From positions 135,718,001 to 135,782,000 of the forward strand of contig OX597814.1 of the NCBI GenBank assembly GCA_951406725.2: DNA of 64,000 nt, read 5' to 3'. The DNA comes from Octopus vulgaris. Taxonomy: Eukaryota. Positions 15,561-28,330 of the stretch are shown piece after piece. The position numbers and the translations under genes were made by a program. The notes beneath the pieces are model-generated. The model saw only the letters and a list, made by a program, of their open reading frames with translations, was not told the DNA's origin and did not search any database. Every line of letters begins with the position of its first letter. Position 1 is the first letter of the stretch.

Positions 15561-17665
15561 TCACTGCCTGGAATTGAACTCAGAATTTTGGGGTTAGTAG
15601 CCCGTGCTCTTAACCACTACGCCATATGTCCGTGGGTATATGGCGTAGTGGTTAAGAGCATTTGCTATTACATATATATATATATAGTTCAACCCATGCC
15701 ATCATGGAAAATGGATGCCTTTTTAATCTGCAATGACTTGACTCAAAGCTGACATAGTAGCTGCATGCAGAAATATTAGTTACATTTCACCTCTTGACCT
15801 GAGACAATAATTTAAGTTGTGGTATTCAAAGAGGTCAACACTATGAATGCAGCAATAAAAAGAAACTGGAGCATGATATTGAGGACTAAGCTAGTTTACT
15901 GACACTTTTGGTAAGGTAGATTATTTGCTACAGTCCGTATGACTAAGAATATGTAAACCATCAACTTTAGAGCAAAAAGAAAGGAACAGTCCACCATGAA
16001 ATATATTAGCTATTCATCTTAACATTTACACATAAACTGATAGCTGCTATCAAGCTTGTCTATATGCAAAAGTATACTTACAGAGGGATCCAATGAAATA
16101 ATACGGACTGTGTTATCAGCCAAACCAACAGCAAGGAATCGGGATCTCTGCTCCCCAGATGGAACTCGGCCAAGACCCATACACACAACATCCGCAGACA
16201 TTTCTTTCTTCTCTGTATATTCATTCAACTGACCTGTCTAATAAAGGAAACAGAAAAAGGAACAAGTTAAATAAAGTTCAAGTTATTAAAAATATGGAAA
16301 AACCATTAATCAGTCAATGTCACTGAGCAATGTATGGACCACAGAATGTAAGGTAAGAGACTCTAAGCAGGGACACAAACTTAATAATTTGATGATAATC
16401 TTTTACGTGTTTCAGTCATTAGACTATGACTATGCGGGGGCACTGTCTTGAGGAATTTTAGTTGAACTAATCAATCCCAGTGGAAATAACATATGGGCTA
16501 CTGAAACCTCTTGGCTGAAACAGCTGTAAGAAATTGCTCTTCTTTCTCTATTCTAGAAATTACTAATACTTTACACATGTATTCATATATTGTCTGAACT
16601 GTTTAAAATAAATTTTCTTTTAAAGTCTGGCACTTATTCTATTAGTCTCTTTTACTGGACCATCAATTTACATAACACACCAAACCAACAACAGTTGTCA
16701 AGCAGTGGTGGGGGTCAAACACAAACAGATATATACATACACACACTTCTCTCTCTCTGTATATATGCATGCTTGTATGGCAAGAAGAAAATGGAGAGAA
16801 TCTAGAGGTAGTATTCATCAGTTGTTAGACGTTATAGTATTTCTATTTATTTATTTTAAACAGTTCAGATGATATATGAATACATGTGTAAAGTATTAGT
16901 AATTTCTAGAATAGAGAAAGAAGAGCAATTTCTTACAGCTGTTTCAGCCAAGAGGTCACAGTACCCCATATGTTATTTCCATCTTTTCAGTGTATTGTAA
17001 ATCTGTAGATAAAATTAGGGTACTTAGGTGTGCCTCTAGGCTTCGTCAGAGTTTTTATAAGATAGTCCAAGAAGTTCATAGGGCTAATTTGTGCATATAT
17101 AAATATATATATATATACATATATACATACATACATACATACACACATGCATGTATATACTTATAACAGAATTAGTTATTAGTAGTTGCAGTACAATATT
17201 CTTATTACAGCATGCATAAAAAGAAGAAGATAAAGAAAAAGAGAAATAAAAGTATAATCGAAGAAAATAATAAAGTTTGGGAGTTACAGTTTTTTAGAAC
17301 TGAAAATGCACATAAAAGGAGAAATACATATATTCGCTAGTACTGGGTGTCCAGCATAGTTTGTCCGATGTTACAGATATCGGATGGGTATGTTTGGTTC
17401 TTAGTATTTTCAAATCCAAATCAGAAGAAATCTCTGAGCTGATGAAGGAAAAGTGGCGTTTAACCCACGAATCCAGAAACAGGCTGTTCTCGGGTATCTT
17501 ATATGGATCTGATCTTTCATTGTTTTTCCCTTATACCTATGTGAGTTATTTTCTGAGTATGCATTGTCTGGAGACTTTTACTTGCAGTTGAAGAAATAGC
17601 CAAATTTTTGGCTGCTATTTCTGAAAAGTTCGGTGTGCGGTAAAGTGAATTTTTTTACTTTACCA

Positions 17666-17719
<54 letters not shown>

Positions 17720-17814
17720 AATATAGATACATATATATGCATACATATACATGCACATATTTCATGTGATGGTTTGTATTGTCCTTGCATATAAATAAAT
17801 TAATGTTGTATGTA

Positions 17815-17855
<41 letters not shown>

Positions 17856-20800
17856 TGGGCTTTTTCAGTTTCCATCTACCAAATCCATTTACAAAGCTGG
17901 TCATATCCATTTACAAAGCTGAGGTTATAGTAGAAAGCATTTGCCCAAGGTGCCACTACACAGCCAAGCCTGTACCTATGAAGAATGTATATAAAATAGT
18001 TGCCCTTCCCTAAATATGTGAGTAATACTCTAATGTGGGCATCTCTTAATAGCAACTGAATAGCTTCAAGTAATTTACAGCCTTGAAGAGAAAAAAGTTT
18101 GGTTGTTGGAGCTCCGATAATCTCAGTAACCTTACTGAGATTATCAGAGATAAAGAGGTTTAGCATTTGCAGTGAGTTTGATGATTTTGGTTGTAGGTTG
18201 CTGTTCATAAGAAGAGAGAATACTGAAAGACTGTTTCTTTGATATGTGTAGTGAATGTACTTAGATATGTGGACAAAAAGTTGTCATATCTCAAAACAGG
18301 AAAATTTAAAGAGAAAACTTACTGGGTCCATCTCAAAATATACCAATTCTCCCCCAGTCAATGCAATAACAACCTGGCGCTGGTTAACAGCACATTTTAC
18401 AATAGTTTTTTTGCCTGGTGTCTTCCACTCATTGACACGCTTGTCTGCTCGAATATGACGAATTCCATCAGGATAAATCTGAAATGAGAATCAAAACAAT
18501 AGCTAACAACCAGCTGACGTCAATAGACTGTGACAAAGGTTGCCTATATGCAGCACCAACGGTTGTTACACATAGAAATTATTCATTTGCAATAAATAAA
18601 CAATAATTATCAAAAAAAAAACCCACTGATTTCCAATGCCAAAAAGATTACAAAATATTCCATGTCTTACCTGTACAAGTGCATCATCTCCTAGCTGGGA
18701 ACAAGACAAAGTAGGGGTTGTACCAAGAAAACCAGAATCTGTGACTTCTTCAACTGTTTCTCCAATGGACAATACCAGGGTAGCATTGACGAAAGATACT
18801 ATGATATAAGCATCATATTCATCTGGAAGAACATAAAGCAGAAGCAAAACAATTGAAGAGTTAATACTTGATTAAAATATAAACTTTCTAAGCTTTTGAT
18901 AAAACCATTTCAATGCATGGGAAAGGTAAAGGAAGACAGATTCACAACAATTTGGTTTACACACAGCATCTACATAAACAAAGGATTAGGAAAATATGGG
19001 GATAGATATGCCAATTAATGTAATACACTTATACTGATGAAGTCAAGCAATAAAAAAAAGGCTACATACTTTAAAAATGCATTTGTACCTTTCTCATAGT
19101 AATAAACTAACATTCTAATTATTAAAATGTGCTAAAGTGACCATTACATTGCTCTGTATAGTATCTTTACTGTTTTGTAAATATTTTTTTGATATACATA
19201 TATATAATATTTTATTATTCATCACCACTGATTTAACACTTACTTTTCCATGCTTGTTTGGAGCAGATGAGTATATTATATAGGTTTATATTTATATATA
19301 TTCATCGGCATCACCATAATTGAACATGTTTTCCATGCTAGCATGGGTTGGACAGTTTGACAGGATCTAACAAACCAGAGAAATGTATTGAGCTCCGAAG
19401 TCTGTTTTGGTATGGTTTCTACAGCCAAATGCTCTTTCTAATGCCCACCACAATATATACTGTTTCATTTATTTCAGAAAAATGTCATTAGTAAAAGATG
19501 AGAAAATATTCATTGTCCTAAAAATGGCACAATGTAACAGTAATCTTGTTCAACTGTCAAAGCAATCGAAGATCAACTGTCTGGAGTAGGCTAGGTGACT
19601 GGCAGTATGAACTGCAGAGTATTAACCCAGCTATCCTAGAATTCCTGAGTTGCAACAGTCAACTGGAGGAACTGAAGTCAAGGAAGGGGTTTAATGAATG
19701 TAGCGGGGAAGTAAGAGGAAGGATAGAGAAGGGGAAACAGACTGTATTTTAAGAAACTCAACTGATATTGGCTGATAGCTTTTTATTTATTTTTTATATC
19801 ATAGCATTTTTATATTAATGCTTATGGAACTTTTAAATCACTGTGTATGTGTGCATGTAGGTGTGTGTGTGTGTATTAACTATCAACTATAAGACATACA
19901 CAGAAATATAACTGCACTAAATTCTATGTAGTGAATAGCTGGAAAATATAGGAAACATTTTTTATTTAAAGATCATTGAAATTTGAATGAAAAACATTTA
20001 AAAAAGAAAAGAAAAATCAATCTACAGAATGTTTCAGACACTGATTATATTATTAACATAATGATTATAATACTAATTCTACCAAATTAGCATGCAGAGA
20101 TTTTATTACCAAAGGGTAAAAACTTTAGGTAAAGATTAAACTTACACTCTTTGAGCTGAACTACTATAAACTGATAAAGAAGAAGCTTTATTTGTATAGC
20201 TTTGCTTCAGCAATTATTATTTAACCAGTTTACAAAATAATGAAGTCTCTGAATCATAAGAAAAAGATGGCCGTTTTAATAGAAACTCAAATATATAGGG
20301 ATACCAACCTGCCAGCAGCATTACCTGAGACCAATTCCACCATCTGAAAAGAGAAAGTGTAGGCTTGCTGATGGACACGGCCATTTGCATCACAAGCCTT
20401 TTTAGTTTTAAATTTGTTTCTATGCTTTTCCTTAGTAAAGTATAATCAACCCTATCCCAAATATACATACCAATGTCAAACAAATAATCACCAAACATGT
20501 GAAGGATTTATGATCAAAAGAGAGCCAAATTGAAACTTTTAAGCAAAGCTAAACACAAAATGATAAAATATCAAATGCTGTAACATGCTAAGATCTTTGT
20601 AAAAGTTGAATACTGTCATTGCTGTTTAATGATGTGCCAGCCTTGATGCCAAAGACCTATGATGAAAGACATTCCAACTGAGCATTCAGTTTTAATTTTT
20701 TTTTTTTTTGATTATATTATTCAACATGTCCTTCTTTCATTCAACATGATAGAGTATAATTTCAAGGAAATTTGACTATTATTTCTTTACATGTAGGGCA

Positions 20801-23800
20801 ACAACATAGAGGCTCTGTAACTGGCTAATGTATACTGCCATCATAACTGATATTATCATCTTCATTGAATCCAGCACCTTTCATAAAAGCTTTCTCCTTT
20901 GTCTTAGAGCCAACTGACTTGTGCTCAACCTGTTGGCAGAGAACACTTCTCCATGTCAATCTTTGGCAGAATCATTAGAGTCAGACAAGTTGCCTGACAA
21001 TATTTCAAGCTCTTTATGCTCTGAGTTCAAATCTCACAGAGATCAACATTGCCTTTCATTCAGATCAATAAATAAAGACAGTAGTCAAGTATTGGGATCA
21101 ATTTAATCGACTAATCCCTCACAACCCACAAAAATTGCTGGCCAAAGTTAAAAACAATTATCACCTTCATAAGTCATTTATCCTTCAATCAAAGTCGTAT
21201 ATTTGCTCAGACTGTTTGCTGTTGGTTTAACTGTTCCAATTAGTTTGATTAAAGCAAGTATGTTATGTATCTTTATAGAGCCTGACCAAGCTCAATATTC
21301 TAGAAAGAACTTAATTATTAACAACTTTTAAACTTCATTAAATATATTGTTAGCCAGTATATTTATCGTTATTACTTAGGTATTAAAGGCAAGCTGACAG
21401 AATCATTACTATGTCAGAAAAAAAATGCTTAGCAGCATTTCTTCAAACTTTACATTCTGTGTTCAAATGCTGCTGAAATCGATTTTGCCTTTCATCCTTT
21501 CAAGGTTGATAAAACAAGTACCAGTTGAACACCCTGTTTCAAAATTACTGGCCTTGTGTCAAAATCTGAAACCATAATTACTTATATATTAAAGGCATTG
21601 AGCTGCAGAATCATTAGGATTGTCAGAAAAAAAAATCCTCTGTATATTAGTTCCAGCTCTCTGAGTTCAAATCCTGTCACAGGCAACTTTGCCTTTCATC
21701 CTTTCAGAGTCAATAAAATACCAGTGAAGTACAAGGTTTGATGTCCCCACTTCCACACCTCTCAAAATTGTCGCCCTTGTGTCTAAATCAGAAAGCATTA
21801 TCATTTCGTATGCAGCCATTAGATTAGCTATTTGTTAAATAATAAACTATTTTTAACAGAGTACTTAAAATAACATCAATTGGATGTGCTTCTAAATCTA
21901 CAAATTACCAATGTATTGTGATAAAAAAAAAAAAAAAAAAGCCTTTCACTATTACCGAGCTTGCTACTATTATTAATTTTAATAATACCAAGTATCCAAA
22001 ATATTCCGATTGATGACATCAACACAATTATTCAACATTTCTAATATATTGACATTGTACATTAAATACAAAAATTGATTGCTTAATTGCATGCAGAAAT
22101 TCAAGAGAGATGAAAGCAAATTTTTTAAAAACTGAGACAAAATTCTGAGGACAAGATTTTACTGAACAATCCAAATACAGATAAATAGTTTTACCTTCAA
22201 TATTCTTTTTAACTGTCCATACAGCATTTGGATTACCTGGAAGTTCTGAGACAGCCATTTCAGAAACCTAATGGTAAAATGATAGATTCATGATAAGAAA
22301 CTTGAAAATTTCTTTCTAAAAGAAATCAATGGAAACATTGAAGAACATGATAAATGCAGTTCTAGAACCCCAAGTTAATATTATCACTGAAAATACATGT
22401 AATTTTGTGATGATCAAATGCTGAATATGAAGCCAGCATTGGCAGAGAACATCTACAATTTTACAAGATTAAGGAAGCCCTCAACTACAGCTTACATTCT
22501 AAGCAACTCTTGTAACCAATCATATCAGAATTAGATAATAATGGTACAATAATAATATATATAAAGTGCTTTTGTAACACCTCAATAAATTATTTATTCT
22601 TTATAGTTTATTTTTCTGGGATGGTACATTGAGTGATTTTCATTGAGTGCTCACAATTGCAATTTTAATAAATAATATGAAAACTATGCTAATGATGAAG
22701 TCACAACCAACTAGAAATATGAGCTATTGAAAGACCCTTTAATGTAGTCTCTTGATATGCTAGAAACAACAGCCAAATCTCTTTTGTATCACATCCTACT
22801 GTTTTAAAAAAGAACCTTTTTTAAAATGTTTTCCTTTGTTGGATCTGAAGGAAGAGGGAGTACCCAAGGCCTTTGCAAGCCCCCTGAGACCAGTGAGATT
22901 GGTGCCTTTAATGTTCTGCTTAAACTACAGCAAATCAAAACGTGCAGGAAAGAAATTCCATAGGATTGATGTTCTGGGGAGAAAGGACTAGGTGTAGTGG
23001 ATAGGGTAAGGGGGTACCAGTGGATGTAACATGGGTGATGAGAGGAGAGACATATAGGACAGGAATGCCTGAGTAGATTTGGCATGAGCCAAACCAGCTG
23101 CAAGAAACAGAGGCCATTGTAGTAGTAGTATAAGAGACTGGAGTGTGTCAGTGACTGATTTTCTGCCAATCTGTGGAGCAGCTTTTCTTGAAATGTCATT
23201 GAGCATTGTGTGTAGCAGCAGCATTGGCCCAAATGTAGGAGCAGAATCCCATTGTGAGATTCTTCTAAGCTTGGATAATGTAGTCCTAGATATACTATGA
23301 CTGAATAAAAGGCAGGATGGTCACAGCTGGAATACCTTTGATTCTAAGTCTACTCAACCGTAGCTCAATGATTTGAGGCTAAACAACAACAAATTTATAT
23401 TCAAGTCAACTGTGATAACAGTTAAATATTTCCTTGCCACCATTTCAATCTCTTATGAGATAAAGACTGCATAAAATATCCAATATTAAGATTTCGAAGA
23501 TTTTTCAGAATATGAAATAAAGGATTATCAACTACATTTATATATATATATATATATATTAGAGTACATGTTTATTAAACATTTACAAAAGGGGTGACAC
23601 AGACTTTGCGGTTTGGGCCAGCTAGCCTTCACTGTACAGTCCCTGACGAAGATTAGGAAGAGGAAACTTTGAAATCAGTTACCTCTCTTCTAGTGAGTTT
23701 AATACACACATACATATAGTGTGTGTGTATACGAGGGGATGCTGAAAAGTTCCTGGTTTTAAGGGTATTACAAAAGGCCTTGTTGGAGGCCTAACACTGA

Positions 23801-24107
23801 GTTCTTTTAGGTCTTAGAAAAACTGAAGGATCGCTGTAATAAGTGTGATCTGAGAAGGGAACATCATCATCGTTTAACGTCCGTTTTCCGCGCTAGCACG
23901 GGTTGGACGGTTCGACCGGGGTCTGGGAAGCCAGGGGCTGCACCAGGCTCCAGTCTGATCTGGCAGAGTTTCTACAGCTGGATGCCCTTCCTAGAACATG
24001 TTGAATAAAATCATAATTTACTGATCCTTCTATAATTACTTTTGTCTACAACGAGGAACTTTTTTGTACTTCCTTGTGTGTATGTATGTATATATATAAA
24101 ATTATGA

Positions 24108-24152
<45 letters not shown>

Positions 24153-25896
24153 AGCAGGCTTCCAAGGCTTCAATAGCAAACACTTGCCCAAGACGCTGCA
24201 CAAAATAATTGAACCTAGAGCCACTTGATTAGGTAGTTATTCTTAACCACACAACTATGCTGGTATCTAGCAATGTTAATAATCTTGTGGATCTTCATTA
24301 CACAACAAAAAAGATTTCAACAACAACCAGCTCCAAAGCCAGAAACTATAAAATTTAGAAGAGTAAAACAAAATTATAAGATGGGATAAGCATAACAAGT
24401 GGTTTTCTAGTGATTCTGAAGTTCATTGCTTAAAAGAATATGTGAACATTCCTAAGAACTTAAAATTGATACAAAAACAAACTCGAGTGAAATAAATGAA
24501 ATACCTCCAAACCATGTCGTAAAACTCGGAGAGAGGAGCGAGGACCTCGACCACACAATGTATACAACTGGGGAGTATCTTCATTTGCAAGATCAGCAAT
24601 CTGGTATAAAAAAAAACAAACATCAAATCAAAATATGCACACAGAGAGATGAAAAACAACAAGAGAGAGAATAACCAGAGTATTTGACAGTATATAGTAT
24701 ATAAGACAATTTTTTCCTAAAAAGATATCTCAAAAAAATTACCCAAAATCCTATAAGCAAAGTTGAGCCTATATTACGTGCTTTAAAGTACTAAAAACAT
24801 TTTCATGAATATGCACTTCTTTTATGCCATCAAATACAGTATATTTTACTGGATAGTAGCATTAATCTAGAAATATATACAGAATGTTGTGATACTATGT
24901 ATGAAAAAATGTAAACAAGATTAGGGCAAACCAGACTGCATATATTTGCATAGCAGTGCAAACTTGGACATGTATATTAAATAGGGCACTGATACAGCAT
25001 ATTTGAGATTAAATTTTCAGAGTTACTACCATGTTTACATTTCCTGTAAGCAGTATTCTTGCATTCTTGCAAGTAACCGGGAAATAATAAATGAATCTTA
25101 ATAAGACTTAATCTTAATAAAATCCAAAACTAACTGATCAGCTCGTTCCTCCTGGCTGTAGAGAAACTTGGGGTTTTAATGGTTGTTCATTACATGACAG
25201 AAGAAATTCTTACAACAGCCAACTTCAAAATCAAATACTATGAAGTTTAGAAGCGTAAAACTACAAGATATATTTTCAGCAATAAATATGCTTTTATGTA
25301 ATTCAACTACTTGTTTACCATGCTACATTGCATCAGAAAAATAACACATTTTTAAAAAACATTTCGTCAGAGCCCCAACAGCCACTGTATCTGATGGTCT
25401 GTCGATAAAACTGACTTCAGGAAATCATAAGATGGGATACTCATTAGGCTTATATGATTTGTCATAAACATTTGGAGTTATTACTTCAATATTATTCTAC
25501 AAGACCATTTGTCACACACACAAACACACATTAATTGTTGGTAGGGATTCTAGTTTCAGCTTATGAGCTGTGGCCATGCTGCGGCACCGCCATTGCTGGG
25601 GCAGTTATCCAACTATAACATACTACCTTTGAAGCCGATGCTGAGCCCTGCCTGTGTTAGCAGTGCAATTAAATCACTTTTTAATATTATTTCTATAAAT
25701 TTTCTATAGAAATTATAGCCAGCACTCAAAGTTACATTTCGTATATGAATACATCTATGTAAACAATGTGATCAAAGATAGAAAAATAGGTAATGGGTCT
25801 ATATTGCAGATTTCAGTTCTTGCTCCTTCTTCAGCACCACATCCAACCCATTAACCATCTACAACACACTGCTTAAATAGCTACCAAATATATATA

Positions 25897-25957
<61 letters not shown>

Positions 25958-28290
25958 ATAAAAGGCAAGGTTAGCTTAGGCTTAGGTTAAGGCTTAGTTG
26001 TGATCCGAACATAACCTCTTCTGACACAGAGAATTGAGTGCCCTTTGGGGTGTTCTATTTTCTTTGCCGGAAGGGTTCCCGACCCATGGGCCAGAGTGGG
26101 TTAGATGATGGGGGGGGGGGGGGGTTCAAAAGGGCCAGCATGTGCAACCTGATCATCTCTGCCGGTCAAACTCCTAATCCATGCGTTCCCCTCATGACAC
26201 TGATTCTGCAGAACTGAATTGGGTGTGAAAACCAACTTTAAAGTATAAATATAGATTTTCTGAATCAGCAATGTTGTGTTCGGTTAAGTCCTATTTGGGG
26301 TGAAAAATCAATAAACTGATTCCTTATGGGGTTTTCCATTCAATCAGGATGAAAAATCGATAAACCGATTCCTTATAGGATTTACCACTAAAATTGGCTA
26401 CACCCCATTTTCAACCATAACTTTTACCAATTTTGATGTATTTTGTTCAAACTTGATGCCAGCATTACTTTTGAATGCTTTAAGTTCTCCCAAAAAAAAA
26501 AAAACAATTGTTAAATGGAAAAATCGATAAACCAATTCCGTATGAGATTTCCCAATCAAATTGTCTGCAGCCCATTTTCAGCCAAACGTTTACCAATTTC
26601 AATGGATTTTGCTCTAATTTGACATCAGTGTAAAATTTGGTTTGAAACAAAGTGCTTGATTAGCTTAATAATCCTAACTTAATCCCAAGCAACGCCGGGC
26701 TATACTGCTAGTATATATATATTTACAGATGGCTCTACTCATTTGAAGCTGAAAACATACTCAAAATAACATCTTATGACAGAAAATCATTAATTTTTTT
26801 CTTTCCCATTTTAGCCATGTCTAGTGAATTATCAACCTAAAGCAGAGCAAAGAAATTCTCACTTGACATGACATAATAGGAGACAAACTATCCATTTCAT
26901 CAACCATGACAAGATTCTTCAGTAGACGAGGAGAGAAAAAGAAAGTATCTCCCTCTTCTAGAGGCATGGCACTGCTGAATTCTGGTTCATCATCATCATC
27001 ACCAAGATGAGCAATCTGGTAAAGGAAGCTGCAAAAGAGAAAATAAGTTCAAGTGAAACACTCTAACAAGAAATATTAATAAAAAACAATTTGTAAATAG
27101 TAGAATAAACTGTATGCATATTAATTTTTGACTATTCATATCTTTTATGTTTCAGTTACTGGACTGCAGCCATGAAGGAAATTAATTGAAAAAAAAATCA
27201 ACCCCAGTACTTATTTTTAAGCCTGGGACTTATTCCATCAGTCTTTTATGGTGAACTGCTAAGTTATAAGGATGTAATCAAACCAACACTGGTTGTCAAA
27301 TAGTGGTGGCAAACAAACACACACACATATACAACAGGTTTCTTTCAGTTTCTGTCTAACAAATCCACTCACAAGGCGTTGGTTGGCTTGGGGCTATAGT
27401 AGAAGACACTTGTACAAGGTGCCATGCAGTATAACCAAACCAGGAACCATATGGTTCAGAAGCAAACTTCTTACCACACAGCCATGCCTGTGCCTATGAC
27501 AATAAGTAGTAGACAACATTTGTTTTTCTACATGTTACAGTGGATTCAACTATTTTGTAAATTTACACATTGAAGTAGGCACTTTAAATTAAACCTACAC
27601 AAGCATAATATCTGTTTTCAGATAGCTTGGTTAGAATAATATAAATAACATGCTATTTTCCATTAAAAAAAACAATTTTATCAATATGAAAGATTGAACA
27701 GTGGCAAAATAAAAATAAAATGAAACTAATTTACTTACTGATTGCCAAACTCTGAAGCAACAAAAAGAAATCCAGTCTTTAAAACACACATACTAGTTGC
27801 TACAGGAACAGTGTCAAAATACTTGAGACGTATTTCCGTGACCTGACAGAAGTTGGAATGTAAAAAAGTATTAATGTTACTTCAGTTTTATGAAAAGGAG
27901 AAAATAGACAGCAAAAGTTAGTTAAAAAGACATTTTTTACATTAGATAAGGAGAGACATTGATAAAATTTCATTTTCTTAAGAGGTTATAATGGTTATGG
28001 AAGGATGTGTGTGCATGAATGAGTGAAGAAAGAGTGTGAAGAGCAATATGGTAAAATATATAATTTAACTGAATAAGAACTACATACAAATGCATAAAAA
28101 TTGCATATAAATGCATAAGAACTGCTGAATGATTCTTAGATTTTAAATTCAAATTTTTCCTGAAGTGTTGTGGGAATGAATGTGGAAGATCTCTAGACAT
28201 GGAGAGAAATGAACTCATCAAGGCCTAGTTTCAATCCAAGTAATTTAAAATAGCAGCTAAGCATTAGAACTTGGCCAATATGTGTAAGGG

Positions 28291-28330
<40 letters not shown>

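Noticed and set aside
15557-15628. Functional tRNA gene (apparent ACT anticodon)
   Set aside because: Acceptor stem does not pair well, and the segment is part of a repeated mobile element; treated as a tRNA-derived module.
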